This document shows, piece by piece, positions 24,988 through 33,828 of a DNA stretch of 34,585 nucleotides. The notes beneath the pieces were generated by a model. That model had not been told where the DNA came from, did not search any database, and was given only the letters and a program-made list of their open reading frames with translations. Location: positions 1 to 34,585 of the forward strand of contig DATKBC010000116.1 of the NCBI GenBank assembly GCA_035514415.1. The letters run 5' to 3'. The position numbers and the translations under genes are program-made. The stretch's first letter is position 1, and each line of letters starts with the position of its first letter. This DNA is from Pleomorphomonadaceae bacterium (GTDB taxonomy: Bacteria; Chloroflexota; Limnocylindria; QHBO01).

Positions 24988-26196
24988 GTGGCCACCAACA
25001 GCAAAATCGCCTCGAATGGGCGCAACGGGAAGCGGCGCTCGGACGGCAAGGTCCGGGTCGCCATCGTGGGCGTGGGCAACTGCGCCTCGAGCCTGGTCCA
25101 GGGGCGCTACTACTACGAAAACGCCCGTGTCGGGGACCAGATCCCGGGCCTCATGCACGTCGACCTGGGCGGCTACCACATCCGCGACATCGAGTTCGTG
25201 GCCGCGTTCGACATCGACAAGAACAAAGTCGGCAAGGACCTGTCGGAGGCCATCTACGAGGCACCCAACAACACCTATGTCTTCCAGCAGGTGCCCCATC
25301 TGGGCGTCAGCGTGAATCGGGGCATGACCCTGGACGGACTGGGCAAGTACCTGTCCCAGGTGATCGAGAAGGCGCCCGGCCAGACCTCCGACGTGGTCGG
25401 CATCCTGCGCGAGCGGGAGGTCGACGTCATGGTCTCCTACCTGCCGGTGGGCAGCGAGGACGCCACCAAGTGGTACGTCGAACAGGCTCTCCAGGCGGGT
25501 GTCGGATTCATCAACGCCATCCCGGTCTTCATCGGTCGTGAGGCGTACTGGCAGCGGCGCTTTGTCGAGCACGGCCTGCCGATCATCGGCGACGACATCA
25601 AGAGCCAGGTGGGCGCCACGATCACGCATCGGGTCCTGACCCGGCTGTTCATGGATCGCGGAGTTCGCGTCGATCGCACCTATCAGCTGAACTTCGGGGG
25701 CAACACCGACTTCCTGAACATGCTCGAGCGCGAGCGGCTGGAGTCGAAGAAGATCAGCAAGACCAACGCGGTGACGTCGATGCTCGACTACGAGCTTAGC
25801 GCGGACAACGTCCACGTCGGACCGTCGGACTACGTGCCGTGGCTCAAGGACCGCAAGTGGTGCCACATCCGGATGGAGGGCCCCACCTTTGGAGATGTCC
25901 CGCTCAACGTCGAGCTCAAGCTCGAGGTCTGGGACTCGCCGAACAGCGCCGGCGTCATCACCGACGCCATCCGCTGCGCCAAGCTCGGCCTGGACCGCGG
26001 CTTGGCCGGGACCCTGGTCGCCCCTTCGTCGTACTTCATGAAGTCGCCGCCAATCCAGATCCACGACGACGTGGCCCGGGAGCGGGTGGAGGCCTTTATC
26101 CGGGGCGAAGACAATGAGACCCTGGATGGCACGGAGGCGCCGCGCCCGGCGCGGGCCAAGCGAGCCCCGCGCGCCAAAGCGGCCGCTCGGCGCTGA
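24988..26196 (+). CDS. ino1: myo-inositol-1-phosphate synthase
   Basis: Motifs are [35 protein letters not shown] and [10 protein letters not shown]. The start is a GTG. Confidence 0.92.
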   Translation: MATNSKIASNGRNGKRRSDGKVRVAIVGVGNCASSLVQGRYYYENARVGDQIPGLMHVDLGGYHIRDIEFVAAFDIDKNKVGKDLSEAIYEAPNNTYVFQQVPHLGVSVNRGMTLDGLGKYLSQVIEKAPGQTSDVVGILREREVDVMVSYLPVGSEDATKWYVEQALQAGVGFINAIPVFIGREAYWQRRFVEHGLPIIGDDIKSQVGATITHRVLTRLFMDRGVRVDRTYQLNFGGNTDFLNMLERERLESKKISKTNAVTSMLDYELSADNVHVGPSDYVPWLKDRKWCHIRMEGPTFGDVPLNVELKLEVWDSPNSAGVITDAIRCAKLGLDRGLAGTLVAPSSYFMKSPPIQIHDDVARERVEAFIRGEDNETLDGTEAPRPARAKRAPRAKAAARR

Positions 26197-26219
26197 AGGG
26201 CGCGGAAAGCGTCCCGCCC

Positions 26220-27227
26220 GTGACCGCTGAGGGAAGCGCGACTCGCGCTCGGGCGCGGCAGCATGCCGCGCGTGGGGGCGAGCGACGGCGTGAGCGACTC
26301 GCGTACTGGGGCTACCGAGCGGCCGAGCGCGCCCTGAGCGCCCTGCCTCGCCGCCTGGTGCTGCCGGCAGCGGCAGCGCTGAGCAACGGCGCCTATGACG
26401 TGTCCGGCGCCAAGGGCGCCGTGATCCGGGGCAACATGGCCCAGGCCCTGGGACTGCACGTCGACGACCCCCGCGTGTCGCGCGCCGCGCGCCGCGCGTT
26501 CCAGAACTACGGCCGCTACCTGGCCGAGGTCATGCGGCTGCCGGCCATGGACCCGGTCGAGGCCCGGCAGCGGGTCACGTTCCATGGCTGGGAGGACCTG
26601 GCCGCCGCGCAGGGCACGGAGGGCAAGGGGCTCCTCATCTGCGCGGTCCACGTGGGCGCCATGGACCTGCTGGCCCCGGCCTTGATGGTCGAGGGCGAGA
26701 AGATCAGCGTGGTGGGCGACGACACGACCTACGGGCGGCTGTACGACCACCTGGCGGCGGTGCGCGGAAGGTTCGGCGTGCAGGTCATCGGGTGGCGCAA
26801 CCTGCGCCGCCTGTTCAAGGTGCTCCAGAACGGCGGCAACCTCGCCCTCCTGTGCGATGGGGCCTACCGACCCGGCGACGTTCCGGTCGAGCTGCTGGGA
26901 GCTCCCACCACGTTCCCAGCCGGGCCGGCGGTGATCTCGGCTCGGACCGGTGCCGCCATCCTGCCCATCGGCGCGCGGCGGACCGATGACGACCACCTGG
27001 AAGCGTGGGGATACCCCGTCATCCGTGCCACCAGCACGGAGCCGGCCGAGGTCTACCGTGCCACCCAGGCCCTGGCCGACGCCCTGGGCCAGGTCATCGG
27101 CGGCGACCCGGGCCAGTGGTACATGTTCCGCCCGGTATGGCCGCAAACCGACGCCGACCGCGCCGCTGCGGCAGCGGCGTTGGGGCGGGCCCGTGGGGGC
27201 GAGGACTGGACCATCAGCGGCCGATGA
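26220..27227 (+). CDS. Lysophospholipid (LpxL/HtrB/PatA-like) acyltransferase, copy 1
   Basis: Its HX4D box is AVHVGAMD. The family-typical N-terminal block is RGNMAQALG...AFQNYGRYLAEVMRLP. It sits in the PIM gene context. Confidence 0.7.
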   Translation: MTAEGSATRARARQHAARGGERRRERLAYWGYRAAERALSALPRRLVLPAAAALSNGAYDVSGAKGAVIRGNMAQALGLHVDDPRVSRAARRAFQNYGRYLAEVMRLPAMDPVEARQRVTFHGWEDLAAAQGTEGKGLLICAVHVGAMDLLAPALMVEGEKISVVGDDTTYGRLYDHLAAVRGRFGVQVIGWRNLRRLFKVLQNGGNLALLCDGAYRPGDVPVELLGAPTTFPAGPAVISARTGAAILPIGARRTDDDHLEAWGYPVIRATSTEPAEVYRATQALADALGQVIGGDPGQWYMFRPVWPQTDADRAAAAAALGRARGGEDWTISGR

Positions 27228-28162
27228 GCCTGCGCCCGGGCGGCCTGGTCCTGCGTGCCGGCCTGGAGCTGGGAGACGCGCTGGTCGGCCTGCTCCCGGA
27301 TCGCGCGGCCTATGCCCTGGCGGACATGCTCGGGTTGGCGTGGTACCGATTCGCCGCGGCGCGACGCCGCCTGGTGGCGGCCAACCTGGCTCGCGTGATC
27401 GCAGCTTCCGGCGGACAGGTCTCCGGAAAGGAGCTTCGGCGTCTGGTGCGCGCGGCGTTCGTGGCCCATGCGCGCTACTACCTGGAGGTGGTCCGTCTGC
27501 CGCGCCACGGCCGCCGGGATATCGACAAGATGCTGGTGCTTGACGACGCGGCGGGCTTCGAAGCACTGGCTCGGACGGGCGGCGTCATCGGCGTGTCCGC
27601 CCATTTCGGCAATTTCGAGCCTGCGGCCATCTGGCTTGCGTCGCACGGCCTGCGCTGGCTGGCCCCCATCGAGCGCATCGAGCCGCCGGAGCTGTTCGCC
27701 TACCTGCGCTCGCGGCGCGGCGCGGGCAGTGTGGGAGGCGAGATGGTGCCGCCTCCGGCGGGTCGTCGCGTGCTGAGCGCCCTGCGCCACGGCGAGGTGG
27801 TGGGCATCGCCGCCGACCGCGACGTCCTCGGGAGCGGTCGCGAGGTGAGCTTCTTTGGCCATCCGGCGCGGGTGCCAGATGGACCGGCCACGCTCGCCGT
27901 CCTGACCGGCGCCCCGGTGGTGGTTGGCACGCTCCGCCGCACCGCCCCGAATCGCTTCGCGGCCCGCACCGACCTGGTGGCGTGGACCCCGACCGGCAAC
28001 CGTGGGTCCGACGTGGCGGCCCTGACCCAGCGCATCACCGACGTCCTGGCCGATCACATCGCCCGGGCGCCCGAGCAATGGTGGGGCGCCTTCCAGCCCA
28101 TCTGGGCCGATCTGAGGCCCGGACAGCTCCCCGATCTGCTGGCTGACGGAGGCCGATCATGA
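27224..28162 (+). CDS. Lysophospholipid (LpxL/HtrB/PatA-like) acyltransferase, copy 2
   Basis: It has an ATGA overlap with copy 1. Motifs are AANLARV...AFVAHARYYLEVVRLP, an HX4E box SAHFGNFE, and the C-terminal PEQWWGAFQPIW. Confidence 0.7.
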   Translation: MSLRPGGLVLRAGLELGDALVGLLPDRAAYALADMLGLAWYRFAAARRRLVAANLARVIAASGGQVSGKELRRLVRAAFVAHARYYLEVVRLPRHGRRDIDKMLVLDDAAGFEALARTGGVIGVSAHFGNFEPAAIWLASHGLRWLAPIERIEPPELFAYLRSRRGAGSVGGEMVPPPAGRRVLSALRHGEVVGIAADRDVLGSGREVSFFGHPARVPDGPATLAVLTGAPVVVGTLRRTAPNRFAARTDLVAWTPTGNRGSDVAALTQRITDVLADHIARAPEQWWGAFQPIWADLRPGQLPDLLADGGRS

Positions 28163-28908
28163 GCCGATCGGAACCCCGAAGCGGGGCGCGCGGCATGGCC
28201 GATCTCCATCTCCACACCCTGTACTCCGACGGCACCGCGCGCCTGGTGGACCTGCTCGACTGGGTCGAGCGGCGGACGAGCCTGGACCTGATGGCCATCA
28301 CCGACCACGATCGGATCGACGGCGCCCTCCGCGCGCAGGCCATGCATGCCGCGGCCGACTACCACTTCGGGCTCGGGGTGGGCGAGGAGATCACGACTCG
28401 CAGCGGTCACCTGCTCGGCCTCTTCCTGACCAGGCCCATCCCGCCCTTCCGCTCGGTGACCGAGACCGTGGAGCGGGTCCACGACCAGGGCGGCCTGGCC
28501 GTCGCGCCCCACGCCCTGGGCATCTTCCTGTCGCTCGGCCGCGGTAGCCTGGTCCGCCTGCAGACCGATCCACGTCCCGAACGCCACCTCGACGCGGTGG
28601 AGCTGATCAATCCCAGCCTCGGCGGGCGGCTGCGTCACTCGGCGCTGGCCGAGCTGAACGACGAGCGGCTCCATCTCCCCGGCATGGGCAACTCGGACGC
28701 GCACGTGCTGGAAACGGTGGGCAGCGCCTGGACCAGGTTCGACGGCACGACCGCCGAGGAGTTCCGGGCCGCACTGGCGGCCGGCGCGGTCGAGGCGGTC
28801 GGCCGCCACTGGAGCACCGGCCATAACGCGGCGGTGTACGGCCGTCAGCTGATGGCCAAGGCGCGCAAGCTGCGGCATACTCTCCGCCCGTCCGGAGAGT
28901 GGCGATGA
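28159..28908 (+). CDS. PHP-domain metal-dependent phosphoesterase
   Basis: Motifs are ADLHLHTLYSDGT, MAITDHD, VAPHA and GNSDAH. It has an ATGA overlap with the upstream gene. Confidence 0.8.
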   Translation: MSRSEPRSGARGMADLHLHTLYSDGTARLVDLLDWVERRTSLDLMAITDHDRIDGALRAQAMHAAADYHFGLGVGEEITTRSGHLLGLFLTRPIPPFRSVTETVERVHDQGGLAVAPHALGIFLSLGRGSLVRLQTDPRPERHLDAVELINPSLGGRLRHSALAELNDERLHLPGMGNSDAHVLETVGSAWTRFDGTTAEEFRAALAAGAVEAVGRHWSTGHNAAVYGRQLMAKARKLRHTLRPSGEWR

Positions 28909-30116
28909 GCGTGATTGAGGCTCCCGAGGCCGCCCGCATCGACGTCCGCGCGGAGCCGACCGGCCCGACCATCCCGCGGGCTCCGCTGAAGGTCGGGATC
29001 GTGAGCCCGTATGGCTTCCCGCATCCCGGCGGGGTCAACGAGGCCGTCCGGCACACCTACGAGGAGCTCCGCTCGCTGGGCCACGACGCCTGGATCATCA
29101 CCCCCAAGTACGGTCCGGAGCGAGACAGCGAGGGCCACGTCATCCGCCTGGGCACCGGGTGGGCGGTGCCCAGCAATGGCAGCGTCGGCCGCCTGACCAT
29201 CGGCTGGCGGCTTCGGCCCCGGGTCCGGGACCTGTTGGCGGCCCATCGGTTCGACGTCCTCCACTTCCACGAGCCTTTCGTCCCATTCCTGTGCCCCGTG
29301 GCATTGCGCGAATCGAAGACCGTCAATGTCGCGACGTTCCACGCGTTCGGTGGCTTCTCCCCGTCCTACTGGCTCGGACGCCGGGCAGCCTCGGGTCTGG
29401 CCGCGCGCCTGCACGGGCGGATTGCGGTCAGCGGCGCGGCCCGCCATTTCATTGGCCGTTACTTCGAGGGCGATTACCGGATCATCCCCAACGGGGTCGA
29501 GATCGAGCCGTTTGCCAGCGCCGAGCCATTCGATGAGCTGCGGGACGGGACCCTGAACATCCTGTTCGTGGGTCGGATGGAGGACCGCAAGGGCATGTCC
29601 TACCTGCTGCGCGGCTACCACCGGCTTCGCAAGCGCCATGTCGACGCGCGCCTGATCGTGGTCGGCGAGGGCCCGCGGCTGCGCGAGTACAAGCGCTACG
29701 CAGCGACCCGCCGCATCCGCGACGTCGAGTTCGTGGGCCACGTGTCCCAGGCGGCCAAGCTGCGCTACTTCGCCAGCGCCGATGTCTTCTGTGCCCCATC
29801 CACCGGCCAAGAGAGCTTCGGGATCGTCCTGCTGGAAGCCATGGCCGCCGGCCTGCCAATCGTGGCCTCGGACATCCACGGCTACAAGAACGTCGTCTCG
29901 CGCGACGTCGAGGGCTACCTGGTCGAGCCCAAGAACCCGCGCGCCATCGCGGCGGCGCTGTACAAGCTGGCCAATAATCCGGATCTTCGGCATCGCATGG
30001 GCGAGGCTGGCCGCGCAAAGGCCGAGGACTACTCGTGGGAGCGCGTCACCGAGATGCTGGTGGCCTACTACCACGAGGTTCGCGACCGCGTCCTCGCGGA
30101 GCGGGTCGCCTCCTAG
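28905..30116 (+). CDS. pimA: GT4 glycosyltransferase, PimA-like phosphatidylinositol mannosyltransferase
   Basis: LKVGIVSPYGFPHPGGVNEAV parallels the PimA N-terminus. The GT4 EX7E region is QESFGIVLLEAMAAGLPIVASD. ATG 28905 overlaps the PHP stop, and an alternative start is ATG 28899. Confidence 0.75.
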   Translation: MSVIEAPEAARIDVRAEPTGPTIPRAPLKVGIVSPYGFPHPGGVNEAVRHTYEELRSLGHDAWIITPKYGPERDSEGHVIRLGTGWAVPSNGSVGRLTIGWRLRPRVRDLLAAHRFDVLHFHEPFVPFLCPVALRESKTVNVATFHAFGGFSPSYWLGRRAASGLAARLHGRIAVSGAARHFIGRYFEGDYRIIPNGVEIEPFASAEPFDELRDGTLNILFVGRMEDRKGMSYLLRGYHRLRKRHVDARLIVVGEGPRLREYKRYAATRRIRDVEFVGHVSQAAKLRYFASADVFCAPSTGQESFGIVLLEAMAAGLPIVASDIHGYKNVVSRDVEGYLVEPKNPRAIAAALYKLANNPDLRHRMGEAGRAKAEDYSWERVTEMLVAYYHEVRDRVLAERVAS

Positions 30117-31102
30117 CCCACCTCGAACGGCCGCCGGTAGGCCGTGAACTTCTCCGTCACTGCGAAACCGTTGTCGGTGTAGACCCCCAACGCTCCGGTC
30201 TCGTTGTTGGCGTCGACGCCGAGGATCCCCTCGGCCATGCCCCGCTCGCGCAGCAGGGCCAAGGAGCGCGCGACGAGCGCGTGAGCCAGCCCCCGACCGC
30301 GCCACGGTCGGCGGGTGAAGACCGAGTCCAGCCAGCCGCGCTCGACCCCCAGCTGGCGGTTCGCATCGGCATAGATCGCGTTGATGACCGCGCCGGCGAT
30401 CTCGTCGCCGTCGAAGGCCACCACGTGCAGGGACGGGTCGAAGCTCGACTCTTCGGACCAGCGCGCAAACGCCGTGTCCGAGGCGTCCACGCCGCCCCAG
30501 TGGTCGAGGAACGCCTCACTGTCGGCCAGGAACAGCCGATGCGCGTCCTCGCGGGACACCGGCCGGACCTCGAGCCCCTCGGGGAGCGGCAGGTCGGCGA
30601 TCGGGTGGGCCAGGTTGCGGGTCATGTGGAAGAACCAGCGCGCCGCCTGATACCCGTTCTGCACGTACAGGGCGTGGGCGCCCTTGTCCGTCTCCGCGGC
30701 CCAGCAGCCGGCCACCCGCGGCCGATCGACGTCGTGGCCGGCAGCCACCTCCACAATCCGCTCCCGCGCCCGGGCGAACAGCACGGAACCAACGCCCTGC
30801 CGCCGCCAGACCGGATCGACCTCGCCCCAGGATCGGTACTCGCGCAGACCGTCGTTGGTGTCGATCCACTCGACCTTGGCAAAGCCCACCGTCGTCCCGT
30901 CAACCTCGGCCACCACCAGGTCGTGGGCCGGGTCGCACTTCTCGTCGGGGCGCAGCTCCAGGGTCATCTGCTCCACGGTCAGGCGGTCGCTGATCTTGTC
31001 AACGGCCTCGGCATCGTTGGTGATGCGGGTAAGGACCGGGATGTCGCTCTCCCCAGCGTACGGTCGCAGCCGGACCTGGACATCGGTCAACTTCGAGCTC
31101 AT
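30113..31102 (-). CDS. Tandem-GNAT N-acetyltransferase (MshD-like two-domain architecture)
   Basis: There are two acetyl-CoA-binding blocks, VDPVWRRQGVGSVLF and TRRPWRGRGLAHALV. It is the last gene of the minus-strand ABC operon. Its stop overlaps the pimA stop (CTAG). Confidence 0.65.
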   Translation of the reverse strand: MSSKLTDVQVRLRPYAGESDIPVLTRITNDAEAVDKISDRLTVEQMTLELRPDEKCDPAHDLVVAEVDGTTVGFAKVEWIDTNDGLREYRSWGEVDPVWRRQGVGSVLFARARERIVEVAAGHDVDRPRVAGCWAAETDKGAHALYVQNGYQAARWFFHMTRNLAHPIADLPLPEGLEVRPVSREDAHRLFLADSEAFLDHWGGVDASDTAFARWSEESSFDPSLHVVAFDGDEIAGAVINAIYADANRQLGVERGWLDSVFTRRPWRGRGLAHALVARSLALLRERGMAEGILGVDANNETGALGVYTDNGFAVTEKFTAYRRPFEVG

Positions 31103-31103
31103 G

Positions 31104-31904
31104 TCAGCCCACCCGCTTCAATCTGCCGGTGCGCTTCGCGTAGCGCTCGGCGCGCCCGAAGGCCCACAGGCCGACGGGGATGAAGACCACCGCCATGATC
31201 AGCAGCGGCCACACGTCATGCAGCAGCGCGCCCACCGACGTTCCGTTGATGAGCCCCTCGCGCACGGCGTCCAGGACGTACGTGGCCGGACTGAAGTTGC
31301 TCAGGAACTGCATCCACTCGGGAAGGATCTCGACCGAGTAGTACACCCCGCTGATCAGCAGCAGGACCGACTGCAGGACGAACGTCATCTGCGCCCCGCG
31401 CTCCACGTACATCAGCGGCAGGATGGCGGTCATGATCCCGATCCCGATGAACGAGAACGAGCCCAGGACCATGAACACACCGGCCGTGACCAGGTCCGCC
31501 TGGGCCAGATCCAGGTCGAAGAACAGGGCCAGCACGACGAGCATGACCACGGTGTGGCTCAGCCCGTAGGTCACCGCGAAGATCGTCGAACCGAGCATGT
31601 GGGTCCAGCGCCGGATTGGAGCCATGAACGTGTACTCCAGGGTCCCCTCCCAGCGCTCCCAGGCCACCGTCTCGGCGATGAAGCTGAACAGGATGGAGAG
31701 GTAGTTCCAGAAGATGGCGCCGACCACCAGCGTGAGCAACAGCACCTGATCGTTCTGAGACTGCCCGATGAGGGCGACCGCCAGGGCGCCCGCCACCGAG
31801 TACACCAGGAAGGCGACTTCCCAGCCCCAGTAACGCTTGGTGAGGTTGAAGTTCCGCTCGACGAAGGCGTACGAGGCCCTCAGCTCGCGGGTCAGGATGG
31901 CCAT
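31104..31904 (-). CDS. ABC-2 type transporter permease
   Basis: The protein is 266 aa with about 6 TM segments. It is immediately adjacent to the ATPase stop. Confidence 0.7.
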   Translation of the reverse strand: MAILTRELRASYAFVERNFNLTKRYWGWEVAFLVYSVAGALAVALIGQSQNDQVLLLTLVVGAIFWNYLSILFSFIAETVAWERWEGTLEYTFMAPIRRWTHMLGSTIFAVTYGLSHTVVMLVVLALFFDLDLAQADLVTAGVFMVLGSFSFIGIGIMTAILPLMYVERGAQMTFVLQSVLLLISGVYYSVEILPEWMQFLSNFSPATYVLDAVREGLINGTSVGALLHDVWPLLIMAVVFIPVGLWAFGRAERYAKRTGRLKRVG

Positions 31905-32810
31905 CTACTCGTCCTCTTCCGGTTCTTTTTCCTCGACGTCGTCGTCCAGCGACCGTCCGGTGAAGGTCATGAACACGCTTTCCATGGTCGGCGGCTGGCC
32001 GTGCTCTGCGGCGACCATCGCCATCAGGCCGGCCGGGGTGTCCTCGGCCACGATCCGCCCGTCGTTCAGGATCGCGATGCGGCGGCACAGGCGCTCCGCC
32101 TCGTCCAGGTCGTGGGTGGTCAGCACGATCGTGGCGTCGTGGTTGTCGCGCACGTCCTCGATGAAGGTCTGGACGTCCAGCTTGGACCGCGGATCCAGCC
32201 CCGTGGTGGGCTCGTCCAGGAGGAGCAGGATCGGGCTGGTCAGCAGGGCGCGCGCGATGGCCACCTTCTGCTGCATACCCCGGCTCATCTGCTCAAGTGG
32301 GCGGGACAGGCGCTTCTCGGAGATTCCCAGCCGGGCCAGGATCCTGATCGCCTCGACACGCGCGAGTTTCGCGTCCATGCCGTACAAGCGAGCGGCGTAG
32401 ATCAGGTTCTCGAACGGCGACAGCTTCTTGAAGAAGGCCGCGTCCACTGACACGCGGTTGATGAGGCGCTTGACGGCCATCTCGTCGCGCTCGATGTCGT
32501 GGCCGAAGATCTCCACCCGCCCGGTGTCCAGTGTCAGCAGGGTTGAGAAGAGCCGGATGAGGGTCGACTTGCCGCTCCCGTTGGCGCCCAGGATTCCATA
32601 GATCTCGTTTCGCTCGATCTGGATCGAGACGTCGTTGATGGCCACCACCGGCCGCTTCTTTCGGCCCACGTGGAAGCGCTTGCTGACGTGCTCAGCCATG
32701 ACGGCCAACGGCAGCATCGGCTCGGGCAGCACCGTCTGCGGCGTCTCCACGGTCGCGGTGGGGCGCTCGTCGGTCACCGTCTTCTCCTGTGGGCTGATTC
32801 CGGTCTGCAT
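31905..32810 (-). CDS. ABC transporter ATP-binding protein (intact motifs)
   Basis: Walker A is GANGSGKST, the signature motif is MSRGMQQK, Walker B is LLLLDEPTTGLD and the H-loop is TTHDL. The tail is acidic (DDDVEEKEPEEDE). The N-terminal ~35 aa are uncertain because internal Met codons exist. Confidence 0.85.
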   Translation of the reverse strand: MQTGISPQEKTVTDERPTATVETPQTVLPEPMLPLAVMAEHVSKRFHVGRKKRPVVAINDVSIQIERNEIYGILGANGSGKSTLIRLFSTLLTLDTGRVEIFGHDIERDEMAVKRLINRVSVDAAFFKKLSPFENLIYAARLYGMDAKLARVEAIRILARLGISEKRLSRPLEQMSRGMQQKVAIARALLTSPILLLLDEPTTGLDPRSKLDVQTFIEDVRDNHDATIVLTTHDLDEAERLCRRIAILNDGRIVAEDTPAGLMAMVAAEHGQPPTMESVFMTFTGRSLDDDVEEKEPEEDE

Positions 32811-33190
32811 CTGGAGTTCCTTCTGGTTGGACCGATGTGTTCAGCTGGACCGATGCGGGCCGGGCACAAAAATGCCGTGGTCCGGATCGGTCCCACGGCT
32901 GGGGTCTGGTCGGCGGCGGTGCCGCCGGATCTCAGCTGGTCGCGGGCGCAGATCTCCCGTTTCGCGGGGCGCTGAGCGTGCAGGTCATGGCGATGCGGCT
33001 CCTCGTTGCGAACGGGAAGGATGGCGGGTGGCGGCCACACCCGGCGTTGGTCGCCGGCGGAGTCTACGGGCGACGATCCGACCATGTCAAGAAACGGGCG
33101 GGGGGTAGGGTTGCCGTCGGTGGAACGGCCGCGTTATCGACCTTCCTCGACGAGGTCATCGCGGCCTGACAGATGCGCGAGGCTCTTGAC

Positions 33191-33219
33191 ACGAGTCATA
33201 TATTCACCAAATGACTCGT
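33191..33219. promoter_or_regulatory. Perfect 9-bp inverted repeat (candidate TetR operator) spanning the TetR start codon
   Basis: ACGAGTCAT (33191-33199), 11 nt, then ATGACTCGT (33211-33219). The right arm begins with the ATG. TTGACA lies at 33186-33191 and TATATT at 33199-33204. Confidence 0.5.
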
Positions 33220-33828
33220 ATCGCCAATCCCACGCAGCGTGCCTATCGGAGTGACCTTCGGGCCCAGCAGGCCGAGGAGACGCGGTCCCGGATCCTGGAC
33301 GCGACGCAGCGGGTCATCGCGGCCGGCGTGGCGAGCATCTCGATTCCCGGCGTGGCGCGCGAAGCAGGGGTTTCGATCCCCACCGTGTACCGCCACTTTG
33401 GGACCAAGCGGGACCTGCTGGCCGCGGTCTACCCCCACATGGTTCGCCAGTCGGGCCTCTCCGAGCTGATCGCTCCGCGCAACATGGAGGACTTCGGCCA
33501 GATGGTTCGCCAGCTCTTCGGGCGCATGGGGTCATTCGACGAGATGAGCCGGGCGGCGCTATTCAGCCCCGCGGCCGACGAGGTCCGCCGGATCAGCATG
33601 CCAGAGCGGATCGCTAAGAGCCGCGCCTTCGCCCGGCTGGTGGCGCCGGGGGCCAGCCCCGCTGACCTGGAACGCATCACCCGCATCTTCGTAGTCCTCA
33701 CCAGCTCGGCGGCGATGCGGATCTGGCGCGACCACCTGGGCTCCTCGGTCGACGAGGCGGCCGACGACATCGTCTGGATCCTGCGCGCTGCGATCGCCAC
33801 GGCCCAAGGGAGGAAGGCACGTTCATGA
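33211..33828 (+). CDS. TetR/AcrR-family transcriptional regulator
   Basis: The N-terminal HTH is TRSRILDATQRVIAAGVASISIPGVAREAGVSIPTVYRHFGTKRDLL. Confidence 0.88.
   Translation: MTRIANPTQRAYRSDLRAQQAEETRSRILDATQRVIAAGVASISIPGVAREAGVSIPTVYRHFGTKRDLLAAVYPHMVRQSGLSELIAPRNMEDFGQMVRQLFGRMGSFDEMSRAALFSPAADEVRRISMPERIAKSRAFARLVAPGASPADLERITRIFVVLTSSAAMRIWRDHLGSSVDEAADDIVWILRAAIATAQGRKARS

Noticed and set aside
30684-32450. A 588-aa plus-strand ORF (and 30035..31183) overlapping the minus-strand ABC/GNAT operon.
   Set aside because: The minus-strand frames carry intact Walker A and B, signature and GNAT motifs. The plus-strand products are low-complexity shadow ORFs.
32811-33210. ORFs of 100-157 aa predicted within the 400-nt intergenic region (32635..33108, 32670..32975, 32837..33169, 32774..33085).
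   Set aside because: They overlap one another in several frames and have no motifs and no SD. The region is better explained as the leader and regulatory DNA between divergent operons. I could not recognise a known riboswitch by eye.
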